From positions 133,431-197,430 of the forward strand of contig JAHBUX010000003.1 of assembly GCA_019637855.1 (NCBI GenBank): DNA of 64,000 nt. Direction: 5' to 3'. Made by a program: the position numbers and the translations under genes. The DNA comes from Bdellovibrionales bacterium (lineage in GTDB: Bacteria; Bdellovibrionota; Bdellovibrionia; Bdellovibrionales; UBA1609). Positions 1-10,888 of this stretch are shown here, piece after piece. The notes beneath the pieces were generated by a model, which searched no databases, was not told the origin of the DNA, and saw only the letters and a program-made list of their open reading frames with translations. Position 1 is the first letter of the stretch. Every line of letters begins with the position of its first letter.

Positions 1-1
1 T

Positions 2-178
2 GATCTACAGGCCTTCTTTACCAATGTGGGAGCTGACATCGCCATGCGCGCGAACAACAAGGATCTTCCGGCGGCACAGAAGCGCGAATCCAAAACCCTT
101 GAACGCGAGGGCGATGAATCCATCGTTAGCTTTATGCTGAGAGGACTCAAAGAGGCCGCCATCGACGTCACGATGTGA
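2..178 (+). CDS. 3' end of an unidentified protein-coding gene (partial, begins upstream of the window)
   Basis: Frame 2 is open from the window edge to TGA at 176-178 (DLQAFFTNVGADIAMRANNKDLPAAQKRESKTLEREGDESIVSFMLRGLKEAAIDVTM*). Third codon positions are GC-rich as in neighbouring genes. No recognisable motif. Confidence 0.35.
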   Translation, partial: DLQAFFTNVGADIAMRANNKDLPAAQKRESKTLEREGDESIVSFMLRGLKEAAIDVTM

Positions 179-321
179 GCGCGGTTTAAAGCGTCTCTGG
201 TGTTAGGCAGTCCGGTAATTCTTTCCCAAAACCCTTCGTCAAGTGCCCAAAAACGGCTCCCTTGCTGGCACACAACGTGTACTAAGGGCCTTACGTAAAT
301 GAACCGCATGGAGGTGGTTTT

Positions 322-1155
322 ATGAAATCCAAGGCTTGGATTGTTCTCGCACTGGCCACAGCGACTCTGCTGTCGGCGTGCTCAGACGATAAAAAAGACG
401 AACCAGGTTCACCCTATGCAGGCTATTGGCTGCGCCAATCCGCTTGGGCGGCCTACAATGATTCGGCCGCGAATCTTGGCGCCTTTTGCCCAATGGTGAT
501 GAGCTCACAACAAGCGCACGGCATTCAACGCGATTCGATTCGCGATGTGGCTTGGTACATCAGCGCTAGCGGTGAAGTGTATCACTGGACGCCTAATCTG
601 CGCTGGGATGTTCCCACTCATCGCAGCTATTCGATCGGTCGCTTGGGTGGCAACGGTCGCTTTGCGATTGAACGTCCCGCCTCTGGCGCTTACGCCTATC
701 AGAACGCCAATCGCTTGAGCAATCCGTACTCGGGCGTAACGTTAGATCGTGGTCTCTTGGTGTTTGACGGTTGGGGTGGTCAGTTTGAACCATTCGTTCC
801 CGTCTCCCTCGAGCAACTAAAAGGCTATTCGATCGCCTTGCGTCGTTGCGGCTCGTGGACCTTTGCTGAGTATGGTTACGGCCAACAGTTCCCTCCCGGT
901 CGCGGCTATACCGGTGATCAAGGTTTTGCCGATGGTCCATCTCCATACGGCCCGAATGGCGCGCAGCCCTTTAATCAGATGCAGATGCCGCCGCAAGGTC
1001 AGTTCAATGATCAAATGCAGTTGCCACAAATGCAGATGCCGCAAGGTCCTCAGTTCGGTCCGCGCGGTCAACTGCCGCAGCAGATGCAGCCGCAGATGCC
1101 GGGCAACCTGCCTGGCAATCTACCGCCGCCGGAATTTCCTCCGGACCAGCGCTAA
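322..1155 (+). CDS. Putative lipoprotein with a Q/M/P-rich low-complexity C-terminus
   Basis: ATG is preceded by GGAGG (310-314). The N-terminus MKSKAWIVLALATATLLSAC has a signal peptide plus lipobox. The last ~80 aa are QMQMPPQGQFNDQMQLPQMQMPQGPQ-type low complexity. Family not recognised. Confidence 0.7.
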   Translation: MKSKAWIVLALATATLLSACSDDKKDEPGSPYAGYWLRQSAWAAYNDSAANLGAFCPMVMSSQQAHGIQRDSIRDVAWYISASGEVYHWTPNLRWDVPTHRSYSIGRLGGNGRFAIERPASGAYAYQNANRLSNPYSGVTLDRGLLVFDGWGGQFEPFVPVSLEQLKGYSIALRRCGSWTFAEYGYGQQFPPGRGYTGDQGFADGPSPYGPNGAQPFNQMQMPPQGQFNDQMQLPQMQMPQGPQFGPRGQLPQQMQPQMPGNLPGNLPPPEFPPDQR

Positions 1156-1664
1156 GGCTTTCCCTCTTCGCGCTCTCTTAATTCTAAACGAAATTGGCGG
1201 CGTCTTTCCGCTGCCTTGTAACGCCGGATCTGTTCCGGCGTTTCTGCTTTGACGGGTGGAATCGGCGTGGGCTTGCCGTCTTTACCCAAGGCCACAAAAG
1301 TGAGATAGGCCGACGCTGTATGGAAAGTCTGCTTGCCGATGGGGTTTTCGGCATCAACGCGAACGCCGACCTCCATCGAAGTGCGCGACACGTAGTTCAC
1401 ACTGGCTTTCAGATTCACAATCCAGCCTTTATACACCGGTGCCACAAAATGAAGAGCATCGATGGACGCGGTCACCACCGGCAAACTTGAATGGCGTTGA
1501 GCGGCGATGGCGGCGCAAATATCTACCCACGACATAATCACTCCGCCAAAGATGCTGTCTAAAGCATTGGTGTGCTCGGGCAGGACAAGTTCAGTCATGG
1601 TGGTGAAAGATTGGGAGACAGGGATCGGCTGTAGGCCTTCGGCTTTCTTATCGGATGGCTTCAC
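1152..1664 (-). CDS. Acyl-CoA thioesterase, hotdog fold (YciA / acyl-CoA hydrolase-like)
   Basis: 170 aa. The segment TELVLPEHTNALDSIFGGVIMSWVDICAAIAAQRH is characteristic of the acyl-CoA hydrolase hotdog family. GTG start. Its 3' end overlaps the convergent lipoprotein gene by 4 nt. Confidence 0.8.
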   Translation of the reverse strand: MKPSDKKAEGLQPIPVSQSFTTMTELVLPEHTNALDSIFGGVIMSWVDICAAIAAQRHSSLPVVTASIDALHFVAPVYKGWIVNLKASVNYVSRTSMEVGVRVDAENPIGKQTFHTASAYLTFVALGKDGKPTPIPPVKAETPEQIRRYKAAERRRQFRLELREREEGKP

Positions 1665-1676
1665 GATGCATTCCTC

Positions 1677-1703
1677 AAAAATAAAAAGAGCCCTTTCGGG
1701 CCC
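1677..1703 (-). terminator. Rho-independent terminator candidate downstream of the LuxR-type gene
   Basis: The minus strand reads GGGCCC-GAAA-GGGCTC (6-bp stem including one G-U pair, GAAA tetraloop, 1688-1703), followed by TTTTTATTTTT (1677-1687). Confidence 0.6.
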
Positions 1704-1730
1704 TTTTGATCTGCGTTTACGTTCAACAGG

Positions 1731-1756
1731 ACAGGTGCCCGGTGAAAGGCACCTGT
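1731..1756 (-). terminator. GC-rich hairpin immediately after the LuxR-type stop codon (no U-tract)
   Basis: Perfect 9-bp inverted repeat ACAGGTGCC (1731-1739) / GGCACCTGT (1748-1756) with an 8-nt loop, 24 nt downstream of the stop at 1780. It lacks a T-run, so its function (terminator, RNA stabiliser or protein site) is uncertain. Confidence 0.35.
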
Positions 1757-1779
1757 TTCAGGTCGCAGGTTGATAACTC

Positions 1780-2139
1780 TTAAACTCCGGCGTCGTTGCC
1801 GAAATCATTGCGGCGGATGTTGGCGATATTGCCAGCACCGGTCGCAAGGCTGGTCGTTCCGGCAGGGATCGACTGGCCCATGTTGATGGTGTTTTCTTGA
1901 GCTGCCGGCTTCTCTTCTTTTTCCACGAAGCCCAGGTGAGGCAAGCACCACACGATCAACTGTGCGCGCGACTTCACGTTCATTTTTTTATAGATGTTGG
2001 TCAGGTGAAACTTCACGGTTTTTTCCGTGACGAACAACTGGTTGGCAACTTCCTTGTTGGACAGTCCTTTAGTCACAAGCTCTGCGACTTCGGCTTCTCT
2101 ATTGGACAAACCTTTTTGTATTAGGACATCTCTGAGCAT
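1780..2139 (-). CDS. Small LuxR/GerE-family helix-turn-helix transcriptional regulator
   Basis: 119 aa. LSNREAEVAELVTKGLSNKEVANQLFVTEKTVKFHLTNIYKKMNVKSRAQL is a textbook GerE/LuxR HTH at the N-terminus, followed by a ~55-aa non-globular tail. SD GGAGGGAG lies upstream. Confidence 0.8.
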   Translation of the reverse strand: MLRDVLIQKGLSNREAEVAELVTKGLSNKEVANQLFVTEKTVKFHLTNIYKKMNVKSRAQLIVWCLPHLGFVEKEEKPAAQENTINMGQSIPAGTTSLATGAGNIANIRRNDFGNDAGV

Positions 2140-2342
2140 CCTTGCTCCCTCCCCTTAATGGTTATTGTACCCGCGACCCTTGGTCAGTGGCAGCCATGTC
2201 AGTTTCCGTACCAGCACGACCACCTGTATTAAAGTCTACAGATTTTAGTTTTTCGCGCAAGCGGGAAAATTTCGTCTGGACTGACTTTTGGACTAACCCT
2301 TTCGGCCTGAAAATCGAAGTGTGCGAGTTTATTGGTAAACGC

Positions 2343-4601
2343 TTATGTTACAAAGCGCTTGCGTAAGCGCTCCAGCAGCGCTTGGACCTCACCCAAAGGC
2401 CGGACTGAGAAGATATCATCGACCTGATGACCCCATGTATGAGCCCTCGCCCATCGCAAACTTAAGTTTTCTTGATGAAGCGCCTGGGCCGCCGAAAGTA
2501 AGAGGCCGCGCTGATCGCGACCGCGGAAGCTGAAAATCCACTCGTGCTCATCACTCGACATAAGGTCGATGGACTGCCACTCAACAGTCGGAATTTTGGG
2601 CGGCTGCTGTGGGGTCAGACTCATCCACTTGGCGATTTGTCGAGCTGGCTTTTCGGTCCGTAAGCAGAACCAATCATACACACCCACACCTTCGATGGTG
2701 TGCACCGACGACATCTGCACACTCAAGCCGAAGCCGAACAGCTGACTGACAAGCTTTAAAAACAGTCCGGTCTCGTCCTGCTTGCGATGAAAGCGCACCC
2801 ACACCTTGCGCGAGCGCGTCGCGATCACCTTGGGCGGCAGATCCCCCTTAGACTTATGGGCCGCCTGCAGATCTTCAATCAAAACCCGCGGGGAAATCAT
2901 TTCGAGCAAGACCGGATCCAGTTCGAGTAGCCACTTCTCCAGCTCACGCGGGCGGGGGCTTTTGGCGATCAGCTTAAGATGGGCCTGCAGGCTGCGCGCG
3001 CGCGGCGAACGCAAATTCTCCACTAGATCGAGCAGCAGCTTCGCCTTCCAATCGGTCCACGCCTCCGGATTGGTCGAACGAATATCGATGGCCGTAAATA
3101 GCGCCAATAGAAGCAGACGCCGCCCCTCCACTCCCCGTTCGAACAAGCGCTTCCATGTGGTTTGCGCCTGGGGATTCTGACGGAAGGCCGCCGTGCTGAG
3201 AATCAAATGGTTTTCGACCAACCAGTGCACATCGGCTTTGATATGCTCGGGGTACTGCCATTCCTCGAAGTATTTGTTAACGAGTTTGGCGCCCTCGCTG
3301 GAGTGATCGCCTTTGCGGCCCTTGGCCAAATCGTGAAACAGAGCACTGAGTTTAAGTATCCACCAATCGGCCGCACCCAACTCTTTGGTCAGAACCTTGA
3401 GCGGCCCCAAGGTGCGCGGAAAACTTTCCGCCCGCTGCACTTCGCGTAAGGTTTGCACCAAGTGGGCATCGGCGGTGAAACGATGATAGTGATCGTGCTG
3501 CACCAAGCCCCTGATCTTTTTAAGATCGGGAATAAAGCCCTCAAGCAAACGGGTACGGTAGAGCGCTACGATAAAACCATCTTTGACCGGACTGTACAAA
3601 GCCTTGTGCAGGGCCTTGCCAGTCTCTATCGCGGTGAGCGGCTTGAACCATTCGTTCACCGTGCGCCGTACTTCGAACTGACGCAGCTGAGTCGGATCGT
3701 CTTTGAGCTTTTGAATCACATCACCGAGCGAATGAAAAACCGTGGCTTTGCGCGCGCGGATGGATGCCGTGCAGTTGGCCACCACCCAATCGGCGTAAAA
3801 ACTCGCGCGCTCCAACTCACTTTGAATAAATGTCATCAGGGCGCGCGGGGATTCCATATTCAAACGCTTGGCCAGCTCCAGCTGGTCATGGGCGGTGAGT
3901 ATATCGCCCGAGCCCAGCAGGTGCAGATAGCTTCTTAAGAATAAAAACTCTTCCTTCAACTCCGTCAGCACTTGGAAGGGATAGGGATCGACGTTGGCGA
4001 ACTGCTTTTCGAACAGCGGTCTTAAGGCCAAGGCCTGCTCTATATCGCGCAAGCCTCCAGCGCCGAATTTGAGGTTCGGTTCGAGATAGTTGGTGATCGA
4101 ATCTTGACGTTTGCGACGTTCTTCGCGCTCGCTGCGGATGGCCTTGAAAATAGCGCGGCGATTTTCGATCACCTTGCGGCGATGGGCGTGCAAGAGCTCG
4201 CTAGTCTTGGCATTGAGTGCTTGGGCATTGAACAGCGCCAGGATATCGAAGGGCTCAACGCCGACAGTCCAATCCTTAGCGCTTTCCGGAGTACGGGCAC
4301 GGAGCTTAAGGCCGGCGCGAAAAGCCTTGGCCACAAACTCTTTGACCTGCTCCTCGGGGCCCGCGAACAAAAGGTCGATGTCGGATTTCGGCGTCAGCTC
4401 GTGGCGCGACCATGAACCCAACAGCACGGGTTGCAGGCTGTGAAAGTCACCAAGGGAATTCAGGCGCTGTAAGAGCTTGCCTTCAAGCCAAGTTGAAAAC
4501 TCTTCGCGCACCTGGCGCACGTCGGCCGGAAAACCAGCTTTCGCCAGAATCGCAAGACCTTCCGCACGGTCGGGCTCTAAGAGGAAGCTTCGCGCTGCCA
4601 T
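2343..4601 (-). CDS. glnD: [Protein-PII] uridylyltransferase-like protein (GlnD family: nucleotidyltransferase + HD + two ACT-like segments)
   Basis: 752 aa. Contains the pol-beta NTase motif GSWSRHELTPKSDIDLLFAG, GGLRDIEQ, HD-domain motifs HRFTADAHL ... LFHDLAKGR, and two C-terminal ACT-like segments. It is shorter than typical GlnD, and no PII gene is in the window. Confidence 0.75.
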   Translation of the reverse strand: MAARSFLLEPDRAEGLAILAKAGFPADVRQVREEFSTWLEGKLLQRLNSLGDFHSLQPVLLGSWSRHELTPKSDIDLLFAGPEEQVKEFVAKAFRAGLKLRARTPESAKDWTVGVEPFDILALFNAQALNAKTSELLHAHRRKVIENRRAIFKAIRSEREERRKRQDSITNYLEPNLKFGAGGLRDIEQALALRPLFEKQFANVDPYPFQVLTELKEEFLFLRSYLHLLGSGDILTAHDQLELAKRLNMESPRALMTFIQSELERASFYADWVVANCTASIRARKATVFHSLGDVIQKLKDDPTQLRQFEVRRTVNEWFKPLTAIETGKALHKALYSPVKDGFIVALYRTRLLEGFIPDLKKIRGLVQHDHYHRFTADAHLVQTLREVQRAESFPRTLGPLKVLTKELGAADWWILKLSALFHDLAKGRKGDHSSEGAKLVNKYFEEWQYPEHIKADVHWLVENHLILSTAAFRQNPQAQTTWKRLFERGVEGRRLLLLALFTAIDIRSTNPEAWTDWKAKLLLDLVENLRSPRARSLQAHLKLIAKSPRPRELEKWLLELDPVLLEMISPRVLIEDLQAAHKSKGDLPPKVIATRSRKVWVRFHRKQDETGLFLKLVSQLFGFGLSVQMSSVHTIEGVGVYDWFCLRTEKPARQIAKWMSLTPQQPPKIPTVEWQSIDLMSSDEHEWIFSFRGRDQRGLLLSAAQALHQENLSLRWARAHTWGHQVDDIFSVRPLGEVQALLERLRKRFVT

Positions 4602-7015
4602 TCAAATAGCTTATTCAAAGCTTCGAGCGGAGTCATCTGCGCTAAATTCAAAGCCTTCACCTCTTCCAACCAGGGCGGTGGTGCAGGCGCCAATTCCTCC
4701 ATATCACCGAAGCTGAGCTGCTGACTGGCCGGCCCGGCCTCAAAACCCTTCAACAAAATTTGCGCCCGGCCGGTCACCGCCGGGGGAAGCCCCGCCAGCT
4801 TCGCTACATGAATTCCATAAGAACGATTGGCCGGCCCCTCTTTAAGGGTGTGCAAGAATTGAATTTGCCCGCCTTTTTCCTGAACACTCATGTGAGCGTT
4901 GTAGATCTGCGGGTACACTTGGGTCAGACGCGTGAGTTCGTGGTAGTGGGTGGCAAAGAACAGATAGGGCCGCTTTTGCGCCACCAAATATTCGAGAATC
5001 GCTTGCGCCAAGCTTAGGCCATCGTAAGTCGACGTGCCGCGACCGATCTCATCCATGATCACAAGGGAGCGTGCATTCACCCGTTTTAAAATCTCAGAGG
5101 TTTCCGACATCTCCACCATAAAGGTTGAAAGGCCTTCATTCAAAGCATCGCTTGCGCCAATACGGGTGAAGATCTCCTCGAACACCGGCAACGTGGCTTG
5201 CGCAGCAGGAACAAAAGAGCCGATCTGTGCCATCAGCGCAATCAAAGCCACTTGTCGCATCAGCGTGCTTTTTCCCGCCATGTTCGGGCCGGTCAAAAGC
5301 AGCGCTTCACCGTCGGTCAAGCGGATGGTATTGGGCACAAAACCGCTGTTGAGCGTTTGTTCCACCACCGGGTGACGACTGAGTTCGATGTGCAAAGAGC
5401 CCTCTTCGCAAAACACCGGGCACACATAGTTGCGCTCAAGACTGAGCCAGGCCAGAGCGCTCAAAACATCCCAGCGGGTCCACTCGCGGCTCAGCCGCAA
5501 AAGGTCGGGCGTTAGCGCGATCACGTCTTGGCGCAGTTTGGAGAAAATCTCGTATTCAAGAGTGTCACGACGCGATTTGGCCGAAAGGATTTTTTCCTCC
5601 AGCTTATCGAGCTCGTCTGTGGTGTAGCGTTCGGCATTGGCCAGCGTTTGCTTGCGCCGGTAATGCTTCAGCGCTTTATGCGAATGTGTATTGGTCAGCT
5701 CAATATAAAAGCCGAACACATTGTTGTAACGCACCTTTAGTGAAGCCACACCCGTCGCGGCCCGTTCGCGCGCCTCCAACTCAAGCAGAAGTTTTTGCGT
5801 GTTCTGCGTGAGTTCAATCAGCTCATCGAGCTCAGCGACCGCTCCCTTACGGATAAGCCCGCCCTCTTTGACCGACAACGGCAGCTCGTCATTCAACGTG
5901 CGTTCGATTTTAGTGGCAAGCTCCGCCGCCGTATCCAAGCCTTGCAAGATCGGCTTAGCCGGATGCATCTCACTGACGGCGCATCCCGCCTGTACTGACT
6001 GCGCAATGGCCAAGAGATCACGACCATTGAAAGTGGTGCTATGAACTTTGCCCAGGCGACGCTCAATATCACCTAAGCGAGCGAGGGTCTGACGAAAAGT
6101 CTTTAAGACCGAGCCGCGCTCCATCCATAGGCGAATTTCCGCTTGCCGGCGCTGTAATTCGTCCACCTGCCGTAAAGGGCTGGTCAACCAGCTTTTAAGC
6201 AAACGCGCGCCCGCACTGGTCTGCGTGCGATTGATGGCTTCGAACAGACTGCCCTGTCTTTCACCGCGGCTGTTTTCGAAAACCTCAAGATGGCGCAAAG
6301 TGATCGAAGAGATACGCAGTAAAGTCTGACGCTGGCGCACCTCGAAGACGCCCAGGCCCTTCAACACCTCCGCGCCTTGCATCTTTTCGATATAGGCTTT
6401 TAAACGCTCAACACAAACTTGTTCGGACTCAAACTTCGCGTCAAGCGGCGAGCCCATGGTTTTGAAAGCCAGCAGATCGCGCTTCAACATCTGTTTGCTG
6501 GTCAACACCAACTCCACCGGGCGCAGCAAACTCAAAAGCTCTTCGCGCTCATTCTCGTGAGCGAAATCGTAAACAAAAGCTTCGCCAGTGGTGATATCGG
6601 CGAAGGCCACACGGCTCTCATCGTAAGCGGCCATGTAGTTGGCGGTAAGCTGATCAAGCGTGTCGGGATCGTACACCATTCCCGGTGTGAGCACACGCGT
6701 GACAGCGCGTTTGACGATACCCTTAGCCAGCGCCGGATCTTCGATCTGATCGCAAATGGCCACCTTAAAACCGGCTTGCAAAAGTTTGGCAATAGGACCG
6801 GCGATGCTGTGATGGGGAACACCGCACATCTTGGTCGAATCGTTGGACTTCTTGTTGCGTTGGGTGAGCGCGATATTCAAAATCGGTGCGGCGGTTTCAG
6901 CGTCCTGGTGGAACATCTCGAAAAAATCGCCCATGCGGAACAAGACGACTTCGTCTTGGTGCTGCGATTTGATTTCCCAATACTGCTGCATCAGAGGTGT
7001 TAATTTGGGTTGCAT
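4577..7015 (-). CDS. mutS: DNA mismatch repair protein MutS
   Basis: 812 aa. Has the N-terminal TPLMQQYWEIK mismatch-binding region, Walker A GPNMAGKST, and DEIGRGTSTYDG. Its 3' end overlaps the glnD-like start by 25 nt. Confidence 0.97.
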   Translation of the reverse strand: MQPKLTPLMQQYWEIKSQHQDEVVLFRMGDFFEMFHQDAETAAPILNIALTQRNKKSNDSTKMCGVPHHSIAGPIAKLLQAGFKVAICDQIEDPALAKGIVKRAVTRVLTPGMVYDPDTLDQLTANYMAAYDESRVAFADITTGEAFVYDFAHENEREELLSLLRPVELVLTSKQMLKRDLLAFKTMGSPLDAKFESEQVCVERLKAYIEKMQGAEVLKGLGVFEVRQRQTLLRISSITLRHLEVFENSRGERQGSLFEAINRTQTSAGARLLKSWLTSPLRQVDELQRRQAEIRLWMERGSVLKTFRQTLARLGDIERRLGKVHSTTFNGRDLLAIAQSVQAGCAVSEMHPAKPILQGLDTAAELATKIERTLNDELPLSVKEGGLIRKGAVAELDELIELTQNTQKLLLELEARERAATGVASLKVRYNNVFGFYIELTNTHSHKALKHYRRKQTLANAERYTTDELDKLEEKILSAKSRRDTLEYEIFSKLRQDVIALTPDLLRLSREWTRWDVLSALAWLSLERNYVCPVFCEEGSLHIELSRHPVVEQTLNSGFVPNTIRLTDGEALLLTGPNMAGKSTLMRQVALIALMAQIGSFVPAAQATLPVFEEIFTRIGASDALNEGLSTFMVEMSETSEILKRVNARSLVIMDEIGRGTSTYDGLSLAQAILEYLVAQKRPYLFFATHYHELTRLTQVYPQIYNAHMSVQEKGGQIQFLHTLKEGPANRSYGIHVAKLAGLPPAVTGRAQILLKGFEAGPASQQLSFGDMEELAPAPPPWLEEVKALNLAQMTPLEALNKLFEWQREASS

Positions 7016-7046
7016 CCCTAAGGGCTAGCTCGGGATCGAGGGACGG

Positions 7047-8975
7047 TCAACGATATCGCAGCTTTTTGATTGCCGAACGTAGAGCGTTGTGACGACGCGC
7101 TTCGAGCTTGCGGCCAGCAAAACGCACCTGGATCAGCTCGTCTAAAATCGGACGCACCTCAGCGCCGAACTCAGGGTTGGCGGACTCGATGCGCTTAAGC
7201 AGGTCCATAGGCCCTTCATTGGCGCGTTTTTCCAGACGCCAGCCTTTGAGACGGCGCAGAAAGAGGCGATACAGGCTCTCCTCCGGGCTGACCGGCTCAC
7301 GGCGCTGCGCTTCGAAATAGTAAAGCACAGCCAAAATCAAAACGATGGCCAGAATCAAAAACACCGGCAGCGCACGATAAAGCACGCCCTCCATACCGAG
7401 TTTTTCCAAAAGCTCCTTCTGCTTGGCTAAATCGAAACGCAAAAGAAAACCTGACCAGGAGGCATCGATCTCATCGAACACCGTGCGGCCATTTTCAAAC
7501 AGCTTCAAAATCGACTTAGGTATCCAAGACACATTTTCTTTTAGGTAAGATTGAGAACCTTCGCTGATGCGCAGAGGGTCGACCTGAGCCGTGGGGTCCA
7601 CTCTCAACCAGCGCCGTGTGCCGCGATCATAGTATTCAACCCAGGCATGCGCGTCCTGGGCTCGAACAGTGATGTAGTTGTCGAGGAAACTCGGTGTTCC
7701 CCCTTGAAAGCCCACCACCACTCGCGCGGGGATATCCATATGGCGTAGCAGCGTGGCCATAGTTCCCGCATAGTGCTCGCAAAATCCGGTGCGCGTTTTG
7801 AACAAGAATTCATCGACACTGGAAACCGGCGGCGGTTGCATCGAGTAGGCAAAACCGCCGTCATTGAAGCGCTGTTGAATCGCACGCACCGAGCCGGCCG
7901 TGGTCGGTTGGCGCAGCTTCGTGATCAGCTCGCGCATCTTTTCCGACGGTTTGTCGGCCATTTGAAGATAGCGCTCTTCATCGATGATCTCGGTGGGGCG
8001 TTCCTCGGCCGCGTGAATATAGTAGCGCTGACGTGACTGCAGCGGTTGGTCCAGCTCGAAGATGCGACCATCGCGCTGAGTGAGGCGCGTGCCTTTAGGA
8101 AAATCCAAGGTGGCGGTGTCGTCGAGCGAGAATAGGAATTTCTCAAAACCCATTTCCAAATACACTTCGATCTCACCCGGATCGCCGATCGGCCGCGGCC
8201 GTAATCGCGTGTCATTCTGTGAGCGCGTCCAATCGAGGCCATCCACAGTGTCCAGCACAGCTCCCCGCCAATACAACGACTGTCGTGGCGGCATCATGCC
8301 GTCCAGAAAAGTGGCACGAAAAACAAGCTCATCGGAATCAATAAGGTTCGATACCGAACCCGGTTTGAGCGAATCCGTCACCCCGGTCTTGGCCTGCACA
8401 TTGGGACCTGTGCCGAAACCCGTGGAAAAACGTGGGAACAAGATGAAGATCACAGCCATTAGCGGCAAGGCCTTGGCCGTCAACACCAGGGCCGGACGCA
8501 AACTGGTTTTCCAACCCTTCCACCGCCACGCCTCTTCTTCGAGCGCAAACATATAGGTGGTCAGCAAAATCAAATCGGCCAACAAGAACAGTGTCATCAC
8601 CAGGGTTTGATCGAGCAACAGAGCGCTCATCAACACCAAGAAACACAGAACGACCGTGATAAAGTAATCGCGCTTCGCTCTAAGCTCATAAACCTTAAGA
8701 CAGGTCAGCAGCGTGAGGAACGTGCCCGCCGCTTCATCGCCAAAGAACGAGGTGTAATGCTGCCAAATCGCCACGGCGACAGTCAGCTGGATCACCACCA
8801 TCAACGGACGGGGCGGCATCTTGGCGTCGATCAGGTGCAGCCACAAACGGTAACCGAGCAAAACCGAACAGAAAATCACCGACCATAGCGGGCGTAGATA
8901 AATGCTGGGCAGAACGTTGATTCCCACCAACAAGATCAACGGCAGAGTGAGGTGCTTTAAACCCTTTTCACTCAT
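7047..8975 (-). CDS. Transglutaminase-like membrane protein (TgpA-type: N-terminal polytopic region + transglutaminase core)
   Basis: The Cys-His-Asp core is visible (GFCEHYAGTMATLLRHMDIPARVVVGF; AHAWVEYY; WLRVDPT), and the N-terminal third has multiple hydrophobic helices. The longest ORF reaches 9020. ATG at 8975 forms an ATGA overlap with the DUF58 stop, so I prefer that start. Confidence 0.85.
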   Translation of the reverse strand: MSEKGLKHLTLPLILLVGINVLPSIYLRPLWSVIFCSVLLGYRLWLHLIDAKMPPRPLMVVIQLTVAVAIWQHYTSFFGDEAAGTFLTLLTCLKVYELRAKRDYFITVVLCFLVLMSALLLDQTLVMTLFLLADLILLTTYMFALEEEAWRWKGWKTSLRPALVLTAKALPLMAVIFILFPRFSTGFGTGPNVQAKTGVTDSLKPGSVSNLIDSDELVFRATFLDGMMPPRQSLYWRGAVLDTVDGLDWTRSQNDTRLRPRPIGDPGEIEVYLEMGFEKFLFSLDDTATLDFPKGTRLTQRDGRIFELDQPLQSRQRYYIHAAEERPTEIIDEERYLQMADKPSEKMRELITKLRQPTTAGSVRAIQQRFNDGGFAYSMQPPPVSSVDEFLFKTRTGFCEHYAGTMATLLRHMDIPARVVVGFQGGTPSFLDNYITVRAQDAHAWVEYYDRGTRRWLRVDPTAQVDPLRISEGSQSYLKENVSWIPKSILKLFENGRTVFDEIDASWSGFLLRFDLAKQKELLEKLGMEGVLYRALPVFLILAIVLILAVLYYFEAQRREPVSPEESLYRLFLRRLKGWRLEKRANEGPMDLLKRIESANPEFGAEVRPILDELIQVRFAGRKLEARRHNALRSAIKKLRYR

Positions 8976-9907
8976 GCGCTCTTGCCTTGCTGCCTGGGCA
9001 CTGCGGCCAAGGCGCGCCAACAGGCCTTGGCTTGCTCCATTCCACGACCCGGCTCGACTTTGCTATCGGGCGTCTCCAGTTCAAAGGACGCGTCTTCCTC
9101 CAGAGCATTCATCACCCAACGGCTCAACTGCCTTAAGTACTGCTCGGGATCACGACCGGGAGACCACTTCAAATCATAGTGTTTGTGTTCCGCGCCCCAG
9201 TGCACTTTGCTATAGAGATCGCCGGTTCGGGCGTAATGCTTCCAGGCGATCTGGTGATAAGACTCACCCACTTGATAGTTCTTAAGTTCGCCAAAATCGC
9301 CATCGGGCGTGGTGCGCAGTCCCGTCTCTTCTTCACCGTGCTCCGAATGCACGGAGGTCAGCTTCACATCCCCTTCCGGGCGCGGATAGACAATCAGCGT
9401 GCCCTGCGGGCGAAAGATCTTCCAAGCCCGGAACATACCGAGTGGAAAATAAGTCTCTAAAATCACTTCGGGCAAGGCATGGACCCCGCGTCGCCAGGCC
9501 AAGACTTCAATGCGCGCCGCCTTCACTTGCTCCTCGGGCAAAATGTCTTCACGCCGCTCAGAGAGCGTACGGAAGGTTTTTGAACGCGTGCGGATCTCAA
9601 GTCCACGCTTCAAGCGCGAACGCTTTTGGGTCAGATGAAACAGCAACGATTGCGGTTCGCCCTCAAAAGCTTCGTCGGCACCCGCGAATTCAAGGCGCGC
9701 GCCTTTTAAGTTGTAATGCGTTTGCAGCATGGAGACGACAAAGAGCGCGAACAGAATAAAGGCGAGAATAAAAATCAGGTTGTTCCCGTAGGTGGCCGCC
9801 GTCAAAATCATAACGACCACCGCGCCAAGAAAGAGAAACCCGCGCGGACTGGGCATAATGTAAATGCGGTTTTCTCGCACTAAGCGACGGCGCACACCTT
9901 CAAGCAT
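8972..9907 (-). CDS. DUF58 domain protein (MoxR-associated, vWA-like)
   Basis: 311 aa. Has two N-terminal TM helices and the DUF58 signature region LKNYQVGESYHQIAWKHYARTGDLYSKVH. It starts 2 nt after the MoxR stop. Confidence 0.8.
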   Translation of the reverse strand: MLEGVRRRLVRENRIYIMPSPRGFLFLGAVVVMILTAATYGNNLIFILAFILFALFVVSMLQTHYNLKGARLEFAGADEAFEGEPQSLLFHLTQKRSRLKRGLEIRTRSKTFRTLSERREDILPEEQVKAARIEVLAWRRGVHALPEVILETYFPLGMFRAWKIFRPQGTLIVYPRPEGDVKLTSVHSEHGEEETGLRTTPDGDFGELKNYQVGESYHQIAWKHYARTGDLYSKVHWGAEHKHYDLKWSPGRDPEQYLRQLSRWVMNALEEDASFELETPDSKVEPGRGMEQAKACWRALAAVPRQQGKSA

Positions 9908-9909
9908 GC

Positions 9910-10863
<954 letters not shown>

Positions 10864-10888
10864 AGCAAGGTCCAGTGCCGCTAAAAGA

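Noticed and set aside
266-281. TGGCAC hexamer upstream of the first lipoprotein gene, considered as a possible -24 element.
   Set aside because: The position 10 nt downstream of GG reads GT, not GC, and there is no TTGC -12 element.
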